A stretch of DNA of 64,000 nt, taken from positions 928,001 through 992,000 of the forward strand of contig CAWEJX010000020.1 in the NCBI GenBank assembly GCA_963809485.1, written 5' to 3'. A program made the position numbers and the translations under genes. Origin of the DNA: an uncultured Acidobacteriota bacterium. GTDB lineage: Bacteria > Acidobacteriota > UBA6911. The notes below the pieces were generated by a model. That model saw only the letters and a list, made by a program, of their open reading frames with translations, was not told the origin of the DNA and searched no databases. Below, piece after piece: positions 30,861-41,358 of this stretch (position 1 is its first letter; each line of letters begins with the position of its first letter).

Positions 30861-33110
30861 TCAGAAAATCTGAAGTGTGTAGGAGAACCGGATACCGCGG
30901 CCCATTTCCGGAGCAAGGTCTTTGATAAACGACAGGTGATTGCGGTACAGGCAGTCGGCCGCATTTAAGAGAGTCACCGAAAAAAGGTGAGCTGCATGGC
31001 TCCGCGCATAGGTGTAGGAAGCCTTCAGGCTAAAAACGGCATATCCGGCCGTAGGCGTTTCGGTCGGATAAATGCGCGACTGGCGCGCTGAAAGTCGTAT
31101 TTCCGGTTTCAGGCTGAATCCCTTGTAGCCGGCATCGAAGCCGACGCGGCCGCGCATGGGCGGGATGCGAGGCAACGGGGTGCTTCCCTGCACCAGCTCG
31201 GAACGTACTGCATCCAAACCGAGGTTAATCCAAAAGCCGGGGCGAATAGCGAAATCCAGAGTCGCCTCGCTTCCCGTGAAGCGGGCGTCCGCCTGCGAGT
31301 ATTCTGCAACCCGGAGTCCGTGGGACTCCTCTCCCGTAAACGCGAGGTACACGAAATCGTTTATGCGGTAATGAAAGAAGCTGGCCTCGGCATGGATGCG
31401 CCCCGTTTCGTGGCGCACGAGCAGGTCCAGTCCATGGGACGCCTCCCGCCGGAGCCCGGGATTGCCGATCTCATAGGCCAGATTGCCGACATGCGCCCCG
31501 TTGCTATACAGCTCTTCCAGGGCGGGAGCCCGGTGTGAGCGGGTGTAGTTGGCCACAAATGCGCCATTCTTCCAAAGGGGGACGTGAATTCCGGCCGCTG
31601 CGGAGAGACCGGTGAACGAACGTTCCGGCATACCATAGGGATTGTATCCGGTATGTTCTATGCGTCCGCCGAACTGCAGCCGCGCTTTCCTGAGATCCAG
31701 TTCCTCGAGGGCAAAAAGGGCGAAGGAGCCTGATGACACGGGCGGAGTGAGCGCTTCCTCGCCTCCGGCAAGATAATCCCGATAGGAACCCTGGAAACCA
31801 AGGCTTCCGGAAAGCGCCCCTTTTTTATCCTGCTCTAAGACACCGCGAAAACTCCAGAGTTTGTTATCGAATGCCGTAGCCACGGCCTCGTTTTCGAGCT
31901 CCTTGTGCATCCAGCGCACGTAGCTGGAACTGAATCGGAATCTTTCAAGAAAAGAACCGATGCCGCTCAATCCGGCGCCGAACTGCACATTCTGCCAGGT
32001 GAAGGTTTCGTCCACCATAACCGTTTCGGAGCCCTCGTTTTCAGGATCAGGTAATCCGTCATGCGGCTCCTCGTAATGATGAAATTCGCCGGCATAAGGG
32101 ACGCCAAAGCGGCCCTTGTTGAAGGCGTAACTCAGGGTAAAGTAGGGTTTCTCGCCAAACCATCCAAACCCGGTATGGCCCGAACTCAGGCGCGTCTTCG
32201 AGTTGTCGACTCTGCCTTCGGGGCTGTAGTAGTCGCTGGCCACCTGCCGTCTTCCGCCGGCCCAGAAAAGCCAGTTTTTAACTCCATACTCCATGTTTGC
32301 ACCGGCATTCGCTTCGTTATTATTCGTCCCCCCGGAAGTATGGAGACCGGCGCGCAATCCGGCGTGCGGGTGGTCGTGCACCAGGTGGTGCTGGGTGATG
32401 GCATTGACGACTCCGCCGATGGCATTGCTGCCGTAGAGCAGCGTAGCCGGTCCTTTGACGATCTCGATTTTGTCCAGGTTGGTCTCGTCGACCGGCTCCG
32501 CATGTTCTCCGGATTGGGAGGAAAGCGTGCCCGTAGGCAAACCGTTTGTAAGGATCAGAACTCTGTCGCCGTCAAATCCGCGCAGCACCGGGCGCGAACT
32601 TCCGGGGCCGAAACTGCGCTTGGCAACCCCCGGGAGATTTTCGGTCAAGTCTCCCAGTCCGAATGAGCCTTTGCCGGAAATTTCCAGCGTATCCAGAACG
32701 GTCACCGATTGGAAAGAGTCAAACAGGGAGGCTTCTTTTGCGCTCGCGGTTACGACAACTTCATGACGCAAATGAACAAAGGACAGTTGGAAATCCGCTA
32801 CAGCCGCCTTGCCGGCGATGATTTCAACGCGAACGACGCCTTCCAGCAAAGCATGCATGTGACCTGAAACATCGTAAGAGCCGGCGGGGATCTCCTGGAA
32901 TTCGTAATATCCATCCTCGTTGGTATATGTGTTCCGGCCCAATTGTATGATTCGAACAGAAGCGCCCTTAAGCGGCGTATGAATGTCCTTCATATAAACT
33001 CTGCCGTGAAGGCTGCCGGGGTCCGTCGACTGGGCAAGGCCCCCTGCCGGACAAAGCAGAAAGAGAGCCGCTATCCACACGCCAAAGCGAAAAAGGCCGC
33101 GAAAATACAT
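30861..33110 (-). CDS. TonB-dependent receptor, His-rich (ZnuD-like)
   Basis: N-terminal carboxypeptidase-regulatory-like domain, SRPVLRG, IEIVKGPATLLYG, HHLVHDHPH, YRNHLS. Confidence 0.88.
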   Translation of the reverse strand: MYFRGLFRFGVWIAALFLLCPAGGLAQSTDPGSLHGRVYMKDIHTPLKGASVRIIQLGRNTYTNEDGYYEFQEIPAGSYDVSGHMHALLEGVVRVEIIAGKAAVADFQLSFVHLRHEVVVTASAKEASLFDSFQSVTVLDTLEISGKGSFGLGDLTENLPGVAKRSFGPGSSRPVLRGFDGDRVLILTNGLPTGTLSSQSGEHAEPVDETNLDKIEIVKGPATLLYGSNAIGGVVNAITQHHLVHDHPHAGLRAGLHTSGGTNNNEANAGANMEYGVKNWLFWAGGRRQVASDYYSPEGRVDNSKTRLSSGHTGFGWFGEKPYFTLSYAFNKGRFGVPYAGEFHHYEEPHDGLPDPENEGSETVMVDETFTWQNVQFGAGLSGIGSFLERFRFSSSYVRWMHKELENEAVATAFDNKLWSFRGVLEQDKKGALSGSLGFQGSYRDYLAGGEEALTPPVSSGSFALFALEELDLRKARLQFGGRIEHTGYNPYGMPERSFTGLSAAAGIHVPLWKNGAFVANYTRSHRAPALEELYSNGAHVGNLAYEIGNPGLRREASHGLDLLVRHETGRIHAEASFFHYRINDFVYLAFTGEESHGLRVAEYSQADARFTGSEATLDFAIRPGFWINLGLDAVRSELVQGSTPLPRIPPMRGRVGFDAGYKGFSLKPEIRLSARQSRIYPTETPTAGYAVFSLKASYTYARSHAAHLFSVTLLNAADCLYRNHLSFIKDLAPEMGRGIRFSYTLQIF

Positions 33111-33139
33111 AGAGCCAAATCCAAAATCGAAAGTCTTGT

Positions 33140-33155
33140 TGCAAATGCATTTGCA
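33140..33155. promoter_or_regulatory. Perfect 16-bp palindrome upstream of the His-rich TBDR (Fur/Zur-like operator)
   Basis: TGCAAATGCATTTGCA, ~30 bp upstream of the TBDR start, overlapping a probable -10. Confidence 0.6.
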
Positions 33156-33199
33156 TTATTCAAAAATTTCCGGCTTTTTCAAGTGCAAAAGCTTTCGAA

Positions 33200-33486
33200 T
33201 CCGGAAAACAAAGGAGACCAGGTTTTATGTACAGGGCGTGCCGGAAAAAAACATCAAGCTGGATCCGCAGTTTGAAGTGGAACAGGATGGTCAGACCTAT
33301 AAAGGGGAGACCATCAATATGAAGAATCTCCAATCCGGCGACGTGGCAAAAGGCACCCGGATTGAAGGCCTGATCCAGTTGAGCCGGAAGATTGACCTGA
33401 ATCAGCCCTTTAAAGTCAGGTGTGTCCGCAATCCCTCTGCCGATTTCAAGTTTTCGCCGGAAACGCTCAAGCTCCTGGAAAACTGA
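33200..33486 (+). pseudogene. Probable 3' remnant of a hypothetical gene
   Basis: Protein-like codon usage to the stop at 33486 but no credible start; 5' end runs into the TBDR promoter. Confidence 0.3.
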
Positions 33487-33494
33487 CCCCTATT

Positions 33495-33559
33495 CAAGAG
33501 GGGGACGGCCACCAGTGTCCCCCTGTGGAACGGGGACACTGGTGACTGTCTCCCTCTTG
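33495..33559. repeat. REP-like long imperfect hairpin
   Basis: CAAGAG..ACCAGTGTCCCC pairs with GGGGACACTGGT..CTCTTG. Confidence 0.55.
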
Positions 33560-33609
33560 TGCTATTCTCGGCCTTGTCGGCAAGATGGAAGACAAAGAGG
33601 GGAAAAACG

Positions 33610-35895
33610 GTGAATCCGGAAAAGGAAAAATTCCTGGTTTCCAGAAGAACGATTTTGAAGGCCGCCGGTGCAATAGGGGCCGGCATGCCGTTCGCGGACA
33701 GCCCAACCGGGCAATCGTCGCACGCCGCAACTGCGGAGGCTGTGGAAGAACGCATCCCGACTTTTTGCGCCATGTGCGGCCCGGGTCTTGGATGCGGCAT
33801 CTATGCCTGCGTGCGCAACGGCCGCTTCCTGAGAGTCGAAGGGATGAAGGAATCTCCGCTGAATGGCGGCAGGATTTGCGCCAAAGCGCATGCTGCTCCC
33901 CAGTGGGTTTATTCGCCGCAGCGCCTGAAGCGCCCGCTCAAACGCACGGGAGCAAAAGGCGAAGGCAAATTCGCGCCGATTTCGTGGGATGAGGCGCTCG
34001 ACCTGATCGCGGCAAAACTGAAAGAGCAGAAACAAAAATACGGACCTGAATCGCTGGCTATCCTTTCGCCGGCGCGGCGCTCTTACAGCGAATATCTGTA
34101 CCGGTTCCTGATCGCCCACGGAAGCCCCAATTACGGCCACAGCGGTATCTGCGCGATGCAGAAAGCTTTCGCTTTCACATACACGCTGGGGTCCGCGCCC
34201 ATGCCTGACGTTTCCCGCAGCAAGCTTATCCTGATCTGGGGCAAACAACCCATCTATTCGGGAAGCACCCGCGGCAACCTGAAACAGATCCTGGACGCCA
34301 AAGAGCGCGGAGCAAAGATCATTTCGATCAAGCCCACCCTGGAGCCTGATGTAGCAATATCCGATCTCTGGATTCCAATCCGTCCCGGGACCGACGCGGC
34401 TCTGGCGCTGGCGATGCTCCACGTCATCATCGACGAAAAATTGTACGATTCCCAATTCGTCACCCAGTGGACCTTTGGCTTCGAGAAACTGGCAGATCAT
34501 GTCAAAAAATACACCCCGGAATGGGCGCAGCCGGTTACGGGCCTTCCCGCGGCTCAAATCAGAAACCTGGCCCGCACCTATGCGACTACCAAACCGGCCT
34601 GTATCGACCATGGCAACGGTCTCGAACACGTCCCCTCCTCAAACTACGCAGTCCGCTCGATCGCAATCCTGATGGCGATCACGGGGAACCTCGACAGGCC
34701 CGGAGGCGACATTTTCTCCTCGGGCGGCGGAATGCCGTTTCCGAAAAGTGTGCATCTGAAGGAAAGGTATACTCAGGAGTGGGTCGATAAGCTCGTCGGC
34801 CCCGAGTTTCCAAAACCCTTTCAACCCAGCACGGAAGGAACCTCGGCGGCCTATTACCGGATCTTTAACAGCGTTCTCACAGGCGAACCCTACAGGATCC
34901 GGACCATCATTGCGCCGGGAACGCAGCCGACGGTCAGCACGCGGGGCGTCAAGAACGTAATCGAGGCGCTGAAGAAGCTCGATTTCTATGTGGTCGTCGA
35001 TGTCATGCAGACGGCGGAGATGAATTATGCGGATGTAGTGGTCCCCGTCGCCACCATGTACGAGACCGATCACCCGTTCGAGTTCGGCGGCAACTGGATT
35101 ATGGCCCGCAGGAAGGTCATCGAGCCCCTGGGCGACTATAAATCCGACTACGAGTTCTGGATCGATCTCGGCGTGAAGATGGGATACGGCAAGGACTTCT
35201 GGAACGGCAGTCTCGCGCAGTGCATGAACGAGCAACTGAAGCCCTTGAACCTTACCATGGATGAGCTTCGCGCCAGGCCAACGGGAATTACCTTCCCTTC
35301 CAAGCCGATGGTATACGAAAAATACTCCCGGGTGTTCGCCTCTCCCAGCACGCGGTTCACGAAAGCGCCTTACCTGCCGCAGGGCAAAGTGGCCATTTAT
35401 AATACGACCTTTGAAGAAAATGGATTCGAGCCTCTGCCCATCTGGGTGGAACCGCCGGAAAGCCCCACCGGGACTCCGGATTTGATGCCGAAGTATCCAT
35501 TGACCTTTTCCGACTTTCATACTTCCAAGGTTTACAACGCCGCCTGGCTTCGAAACGTCCCGCTGTTGAGGGAGATTCTACCGTTTCCGACTCTCCAGAT
35601 TCATCCGGACACGGCCGGTGAGCGTGGGATCCACGAGGGGGACTGGGTGATCGTGGAATCACCCCACGGCAGCATGAAAATCAGGGCGCAGGTCAATCCC
35701 GGGATACGGCCCGACACGGTCATGGCGCTGCATGGATGGTGGCAGGGTTGCGAAGAACTCGGCCTGCCGGGATTCCCTCTGCTCGAAGGCGGCGCCAACA
35801 CAAACACGATGTACAGCGTGGACGAGAGAAAGGCCTTTGATCCGCTGGTCACCGCCATGTCGAGTCAGACGCTCGTTCAGGTCAGGAAGGCGTGA
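33610..35895 (+). CDS. Tat-exported DMSO-reductase-family molybdopterin oxidoreductase
   Basis: SRRTILK Tat motif, CAMCGPGLGC..C Fe-S motif, ISWDEALD, IRPGTDAALAL, GNLDRPGG, HGWW. Confidence 0.9.
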   Translation: MNPEKEKFLVSRRTILKAAGAIGAGMPFADSPTGQSSHAATAEAVEERIPTFCAMCGPGLGCGIYACVRNGRFLRVEGMKESPLNGGRICAKAHAAPQWVYSPQRLKRPLKRTGAKGEGKFAPISWDEALDLIAAKLKEQKQKYGPESLAILSPARRSYSEYLYRFLIAHGSPNYGHSGICAMQKAFAFTYTLGSAPMPDVSRSKLILIWGKQPIYSGSTRGNLKQILDAKERGAKIISIKPTLEPDVAISDLWIPIRPGTDAALALAMLHVIIDEKLYDSQFVTQWTFGFEKLADHVKKYTPEWAQPVTGLPAAQIRNLARTYATTKPACIDHGNGLEHVPSSNYAVRSIAILMAITGNLDRPGGDIFSSGGGMPFPKSVHLKERYTQEWVDKLVGPEFPKPFQPSTEGTSAAYYRIFNSVLTGEPYRIRTIIAPGTQPTVSTRGVKNVIEALKKLDFYVVVDVMQTAEMNYADVVVPVATMYETDHPFEFGGNWIMARRKVIEPLGDYKSDYEFWIDLGVKMGYGKDFWNGSLAQCMNEQLKPLNLTMDELRARPTGITFPSKPMVYEKYSRVFASPSTRFTKAPYLPQGKVAIYNTTFEENGFEPLPIWVEPPESPTGTPDLMPKYPLTFSDFHTSKVYNAAWLRNVPLLREILPFPTLQIHPDTAGERGIHEGDWVIVESPHGSMKIRAQVNPGIRPDTVMALHGWWQGCEELGLPGFPLLEGGANTNTMYSVDERKAFDPLVTAMSSQTLVQVRKA

Positions 35896-35904
35896 GGAGA
35901 AAGC

Positions 35905-36498
35905 ATGTCAAGACAATACGGCATCTATATCCGGACAGACCGCTGCATTCAATGTCACGCCTGCGAGGTCGCCTGTAAATCGTGGAATGGCATCGAGCCC
36001 GGAATACGATGGAGAAGGGTTGCCGATGAATGGAGCGGGAAATTCCCTGAAGTCGTAAACCGGACTGTTTCTTACTCCTGCATGCATTGCGCGAAACCTG
36101 CCTGCGCGGCCGCATGCCCGGAAAAAGCCATCTCAAAGCGGTCGGAGGACGGTATTGTCGTTGTCGATGCCCGCAAGTGCAAAGGCTGTCGTACATGCGC
36201 GGCGGCGTGTCCCTTTCATATCCCGGAATACGGGCGGACGGGGACCATGCAGAAGTGCAATCTGTGTCTCGAAAGGCTGCAGCAGGGCCGGCAACCGGCG
36301 TGCGTGGCAACCTGTCCGGGTGAAGCATTGACATTCGGGTTTATGGATGAACTGGCCGAACTATCCGCCGCAAAATCCGGGGAGAAACTGCAGGCAGCCA
36401 CCGATCCATCCTTTTATATTTCAGGCAGGCTGAACGGCCAAGCTTTTCTGGACCTGCTGAACCATTCTCGCCAGCTTAAAGATGCTTCAAGCCTCTGA
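35905..36498 (+). CDS. 4Fe-4S ferredoxin subunit (DmsB/PsrB-like)
   Basis: CIQCHACEVAC, CMHCAKPAC, CKGCRTCAAACP, CNLC..PACVATCP. Confidence 0.92.
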   Translation: MSRQYGIYIRTDRCIQCHACEVACKSWNGIEPGIRWRRVADEWSGKFPEVVNRTVSYSCMHCAKPACAAACPEKAISKRSEDGIVVVDARKCKGCRTCAAACPFHIPEYGRTGTMQKCNLCLERLQQGRQPACVATCPGEALTFGFMDELAELSAAKSGEKLQAATDPSFYISGRLNGQAFLDLLNHSRQLKDASSL

Positions 36499-36533
36499 GA
36501 CTTCGAGGCAAAAATATCTGCCTCAAAGTCTCA
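36496..36533. terminator. Hairpin between convergent genes
   Basis: TGAGACTT-C-GAGGCA pairs with TGCCTC-A-AAGTCTCA. Confidence 0.5.
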
Positions 36534-36559
36534 AATCCTTTATGAGGCACTGATTCCCG

Positions 36560-37033
36560 TTACTCTTTTTTTATTTCCAATATATGCTCGCAGCAACTGT
36601 CGCCTGCGGGAATGGATTTGCCGATCCGGTAGATCAGACAGGGATTCAACTCTTCCACCACCGTCTTTTCCATGGTGGTATGTGCCAGGCACATCTCGGG
36701 GATGTCGAAATCGAGAGGGCATCGGTCCACCTTTATGATGATCTTGTCCTTCTCCCTTTCGGCCTTGGATATAATTCCGCGGCCGCGGGCAACCGTGTCG
36801 AATATCCTGATCAGGTATTCCGCCACAGAATCGAGGTCGTTGTTTGCGAGCCTCTTCTTTGCCCTTTGCGCGACGCTGATCCCGTACTCACGGCTCATTT
36901 CGGCAATCAGCTTCAGCCCTTCCTCGCCGAATTTGCGGTAAATGAAATCGTAGTTGCTTCTCAGCCTCGCATAGAGCCCGCTCACGGCGCTGCGGTAAAC
37001 CTGTTCGAGCGTGCGCTGATCCGCTTGAGTCAT
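36560..37033 (-). CDS. ATC-hydrolase/V4R-like small Cys-containing protein
   Basis: FGEEGL N-terminal helix, CPL, CLAH, GDSCCEH. Confidence 0.55.
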   Translation of the reverse strand: MTQADQRTLEQVYRSAVSGLYARLRSNYDFIYRKFGEEGLKLIAEMSREYGISVAQRAKKRLANNDLDSVAEYLIRIFDTVARGRGIISKAEREKDKIIIKVDRCPLDFDIPEMCLAHTTMEKTVVEELNPCLIYRIGKSIPAGDSCCEHILEIKKE

Positions 37034-37064
37034 CTTGGTATCCTTTTGCTTTCCAGGCCGGGAC

Positions 37065-37934
37065 CTACTTTGAATCCAGGCCCCAGGTTTTGAACATCTG
37101 CTTGTAGAAATCGGGCCGCTCGAAGTCGGGAAGCATCAGCGGGTAATGGTGCCGATAATCAAACGCGCTCTTCTCGCTTTTTATCAACCCGGCGACCAGC
37201 GTTTCCACTTTAGCTCCCGGGACGGCAAACATCATTTCGTCTTCCGTGCCCACCGCCCGCTGGTATTCACCGGGATCGGGCAGGACAACCCAGTATTTTC
37301 CGCTCGTCATAACATTGACTACCGAATAGGTGCATGAAGGAGGCAGGTAGCGGCTGTTTATCTGTGCGCTTTCCTCTCCGCTCATCGACATGATCAGGCC
37401 TCGGAGCTGGGAGGTGTTGGAATAGACAATCACCACATCAGGCTGGAAACTGGCCTGCCTCAGCGGCGCCGTGACGATGCCCACGTACTTCCCATACGGG
37501 AAACTGTCATAGGTTTGGGTCTGCTGAATTTTGTCATCTGTTTTTTTCACCAGACCGTAGCCGATCAGGGGTGCCGGACACCAGTGATCTTCCTTGAGCA
37601 TGGCGACCGTCGTTTTTTCCCGGCGCGACAAGGCGAATGCCTGACACTGGGCCAGGTGATACCCTCGGTCTTTAAAGGGTCTGAAAGCGCCTTGCGGGAT
37701 ATCCGACTCCTTCTCGAGCATTTTAATGGCGACGGGCGAGGTCCGCAGCATGAGACGCTTTTCGAGTTCTTCGCCGCAACGGTTAAATTCACTCAATGGG
37801 GTTGCTCGTTTATCCCCCTGGCCAACCGGCGTCGAGCCGATTCCAGCCGCAACCGCTTCCCTGGCACACGCTGCCAGGACAACCGAGCCCGCTCCCAATT
37901 CCAACACATCACGACGAGAAATGTTTTTTTTCAT
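37065..37934 (-). CDS. DUF169 domain protein with twin-arginine signal
   Basis: SRRDVLELG Tat-like motif; LRTSPVAIK, CQA, HWCP, PDPG motifs. Confidence 0.8.
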   Translation of the reverse strand: MKKNISRRDVLELGAGSVVLAACAREAVAAGIGSTPVGQGDKRATPLSEFNRCGEELEKRLMLRTSPVAIKMLEKESDIPQGAFRPFKDRGYHLAQCQAFALSRREKTTVAMLKEDHWCPAPLIGYGLVKKTDDKIQQTQTYDSFPYGKYVGIVTAPLRQASFQPDVVIVYSNTSQLRGLIMSMSGEESAQINSRYLPPSCTYSVVNVMTSGKYWVVLPDPGEYQRAVGTEDEMMFAVPGAKVETLVAGLIKSEKSAFDYRHHYPLMLPDFERPDFYKQMFKTWGLDSK

Positions 37935-39325
37935 TAGAAAATCCTCCTCCAGGATTTGGATGAAATTCGGGTGCTACTGAGTGCTGTTCGAATGTGCGGA
38001 AATATGCCGTAGGACGGTTGGACGGACGCAGCTGGTTTCAGGACCTGCGGGACGACGGAATCGGCGTCGCCGGCTTTCTCGATGCTATATACGTCAAGTA
38101 CCGTCCCCTCCTGTTGTATTGTCACCACTGTGAGCTTTTTGTCGGTTACATTCACGGCAAAGTAGTTCGGCTGATCCTGCGGATCGTAAAAAAAAACGTT
38201 CCAGGGCATCTTTTCGAGGTTGGGGTAGGTTTTCCTGCCGCTCCGTCCGGAAACATAATAAACCGTGCCCTGGGATGGATCTTTTAAATAAGCCCCGTCC
38301 CTGATCGGATACGTGCGCGCAATCCCATGATCGTGGGCATTGAAGACCAGGTTCACCCGGTGTTTCTCGATAATGGGGCAAAAGGCGGCTTTGACATCCT
38401 CGTTGGGTCGCTTTGCCATGATTCCATAGGGGGGCCTGTGGAAAAACACAATTTTCCAGTCGGCGCGGGATGCTGCCAGGTCGGCATCCAGCCATGCCAA
38501 CTGCATCTTCAATATATCGCCGTGTTTCTCTTGTTCTTTCCGCTGGCTGTCCAGCACGACGAAATGGACCGAACCATAATCATAGGAATAAGCCTGGCTT
38601 TTCAGGCCTTCAGGCCCGTTCTGCGGCAGGGCGAATTGTTTGAGAAAATATTCCGGTCGTGTGGAGTCGTCCGAGCCGAAGAACTCATGGTTGCCCAGAA
38701 TGGGCATTACGGGAATGGAGTCAATCACGCCGGCTGCCGCCGCAAACCATGCGTTCCAGTGGGCGCCCCTCTGTCCGAAATCGACAAGGTCTCCCATGTT
38801 GACCATGAACTTCGCATCCGGATTGGCTTTATAGGCATTCTGGACGGTATCCCGCCACAACGCGTAGGGCGGATCACCCGACAGGTTGCTTTGGCTGTCG
38901 CCAAAAACAAGAAACTTGAATGCGTGCCCTCCTCTGTCGGCGGTTTGAAAAGAGCGCACGCCGCTCCAATGCTCGCCGTCTCCCACACGATAGGAATATC
39001 TTTTGTTGGGCGAGAGGTGAACCAGAGTCGCAGAGAACAGACGGGTCGGGCCGAGATCGGTAACAAACTCGCGAGGATCGGCGTTCGCTTTCGGGGCAGC
39101 CGAAGTAAGGCTGGTTCCCTCCTGATACTGCACCACCCCGCGGGTGACCATAATATCGGTTCTCCAGGTAACCGTCATGGTGGTCGATGGATCGCCCGTC
39201 CAGGTCAGGGTCAGGTGGTCGGGAATAGCGGTCGCTCCGCTGTCCGACGCTGTGCTGCCTGCAAATGCTAGGAAGGAAAGAGCAGATATCAGCAGGACTG
39301 TGCATTTGATGGAATTGTGTTTCAT
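37934..39325 (-). CDS. Purple acid phosphatase-like metallophosphoesterase with N-terminal Fn3-like domain
   Basis: GDSQ, GDLVD, GNHE, FHRPPY, AHDH motifs; signal peptide. Confidence 0.9.
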   Translation of the reverse strand: MKHNSIKCTVLLISALSFLAFAGSTASDSGATAIPDHLTLTWTGDPSTTMTVTWRTDIMVTRGVVQYQEGTSLTSAAPKANADPREFVTDLGPTRLFSATLVHLSPNKRYSYRVGDGEHWSGVRSFQTADRGGHAFKFLVFGDSQSNLSGDPPYALWRDTVQNAYKANPDAKFMVNMGDLVDFGQRGAHWNAWFAAAAGVIDSIPVMPILGNHEFFGSDDSTRPEYFLKQFALPQNGPEGLKSQAYSYDYGSVHFVVLDSQRKEQEKHGDILKMQLAWLDADLAASRADWKIVFFHRPPYGIMAKRPNEDVKAAFCPIIEKHRVNLVFNAHDHGIARTYPIRDGAYLKDPSQGTVYYVSGRSGRKTYPNLEKMPWNVFFYDPQDQPNYFAVNVTDKKLTVVTIQQEGTVLDVYSIEKAGDADSVVPQVLKPAASVQPSYGIFPHIRTALSSTRISSKSWRRIF

Positions 39326-39608
39326 GGGAAAAACCTTTTTCTCCAATCCATTTATCCGGTCAGCGATCCTGCCTGATCGCACTTGGATCAAACGGGCGCA
39401 CAAACCATTCTATCAGGTCAGCGCATTAAACAAAGTGCCGGATTGGACCCGAGCGGTCGTATGCGCTTTTTCAGCTTCTGTCAGCGTTACGGCAACAATT
39501 CGGCGCCCGAAGAAATGAAAGGATTTCCCTATCACCGGGCAACGGCTTAAAGGAGTTTTGATTTATAATGCCGGCATCAGGACGCCGGTGAAATTAGGAG
39601 GGAGCAAT

Positions 39609-40559
39609 ATGCAAGTCTACAACGACAGGATTCCCGAAGTGGACGCAGTTCGCATACGGGTTCTCGCAGACAACTACTATGACGCCCTGCGCCCGGACAG
39701 TCAGGCAGCCAAACGCTTCCGTGCAAGGCCGGGCCGGGCCATACATGCCGAACACGGTCTTGCCTATTATGTGGAAACTGAAGTCCAGGGAAAAACCAGC
39801 GCCTGCATGTTTGACTTCGGCCTGGATCCCGCCGGGGTTGCGAATAACATAGAGGTTCTTAATATTGACCCTGGAAAGGCGCAGGCTTTTGTGCTGAGCC
39901 ACGGCCACTTCGATCACTGGGGCGGCGCAGTCGAAATTCTGAGGCGGCACCGGGCAAGGATCGCCAGGGACACGCCGTTTTACACCGGCGAGCAGACTTT
40001 TCTGCACAGATACTCCCTGAATGAGGCAACCAACGAGATCATTGGAATCGGAAAACTGGAGAAAGGCGATATTGAAGCCCTTGGGTTGACGGTAAAAGAG
40101 GTTCACGAGCCCACACAGATCATTCCGGGCGCATTCTGCACGGGCAAAATAGACCGCGTCACGGATTATGAAAAGGTGCCTGCAAGCCTGCTGGTCGATC
40201 GCGGAAACGGGCCTGAAGCGGATGACTTCAGAGGCGAGCAAGCCCTGCTGTTTAATCTTAAAAACAAGGGTCTCATAGTTCTGTCGGGCTGTGCCCATGC
40301 CGGTATAGTCAATACCGTCCGGCATGCCCAGAAAGTCGCCGGCATCCGAAAGGTTCACGCCATTCTGGGGGGCTTCCATCTGGTCCATGCGAAGCCCGAA
40401 ACTATCCGGAATACCGTGAAGGACATCGTGGACATGCAACCGGAGCTGGTGGCGCCTATGCATTGTACCGGCTTTGAAGCAACGGTCGAGTTCAGCAGGG
40501 AAATGCCCGAGGCATTCATCCTGAACACAGCGGGAACTCAGTACACGTTTTCAGCCTGA
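39609..40559 (+). CDS. MBL-fold metallo-hydrolase (archaeal dihydropteroate-synthase-like family)
   Basis: AEHGL, LSHGHFDH, GCAHAG, GGFHL, PMHCTG. Confidence 0.85.
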   Translation: MQVYNDRIPEVDAVRIRVLADNYYDALRPDSQAAKRFRARPGRAIHAEHGLAYYVETEVQGKTSACMFDFGLDPAGVANNIEVLNIDPGKAQAFVLSHGHFDHWGGAVEILRRHRARIARDTPFYTGEQTFLHRYSLNEATNEIIGIGKLEKGDIEALGLTVKEVHEPTQIIPGAFCTGKIDRVTDYEKVPASLLVDRGNGPEADDFRGEQALLFNLKNKGLIVLSGCAHAGIVNTVRHAQKVAGIRKVHAILGGFHLVHAKPETIRNTVKDIVDMQPELVAPMHCTGFEATVEFSREMPEAFILNTAGTQYTFSA

Positions 40560-40611
40560 AAATTCTGTCGAGCGAGCCGGCTGATTATGGGAATGGAGGA
40601 AGTGGAAAAAA

Positions 40612-41358
40612 ATGATACAGGATGAAATTCTGGATTGCATGCGCGGGCTGGCTGCCGGGCATTTTGCATCCGACATACGGATCGGCCTGGGCTACACGGC
40701 GGTGCGCCTGGAGGATGGGCGCTGCGGTCTTGCCTATACTCTGCACGAAGAAGAGCACGAATCTTGCGGTGTGATTCCGAAGGCAGGGACTCTGACCGGG
40801 CGGAGCGTTTCGGAGCTTTCAGAATATCTGAAATCGGCGGACACGACGGCTTGTGCAGTCGGTCTTGCTTCAATCAACGCCGTTATCCCCTCTCCAGCCG
40901 GCGCCGTCGAGTCGGATATTTTGGACATGTTGCCCACCGGTCCGGATGACTCTGTCGGGATGGTGGGATATTTCGGTCCGCTGGTCGGCCCGCTGAGAAA
41001 AAGCGCCCGGGCCATACACATATTCGAGCGCCGTCCAAATCCCGAATTCGGAATATTGCCCGAATCGGCGACGCAGGATCTCCTTCCCGCGTGCAATGTG
41101 GTCATATTATCGGCGACAACCCTGCTGAACCACACCATCGATGGACTGCTCGATCTCTGCAAATCAGCCCGAGAGATCGCCTTGTTGGGTCCGTCCACGC
41201 CTTTCCTGCCGGAGGTCTTCACACGGCATGGAGTCACCCTTCTTTCCGGACTCGAGGTAGTCGATGCTTTCCAGGTTCTGCGCGTTGTCAGCGAAGGAGG
41301 CGGCACGCGCCAGTTCGGCCGGGCGGCCCGGAAACTGAATTGGCGCGCAACTCCTTAA
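40612..41358 (+). CDS. DUF364 (Rossmann-like) protein
   Basis: IGLGYTAV, GLASINA, VGMVGYFGP, TTLLNHTID, LGPSTP. Confidence 0.85.
   Translation: MIQDEILDCMRGLAAGHFASDIRIGLGYTAVRLEDGRCGLAYTLHEEEHESCGVIPKAGTLTGRSVSELSEYLKSADTTACAVGLASINAVIPSPAGAVESDILDMLPTGPDDSVGMVGYFGPLVGPLRKSARAIHIFERRPNPEFGILPESATQDLLPACNVVILSATTLLNHTIDGLLDLCKSAREIALLGPSTPFLPEVFTRHGVTLLSGLEVVDAFQVLRVVSEGGGTRQFGRAARKLNWRATP

Noticed and set aside
33610-35895. Calling the Mo enzyme acetylene hydratase
   Set aside because: Lacks the Asp next to the cluster Cys and carries a Tat signal
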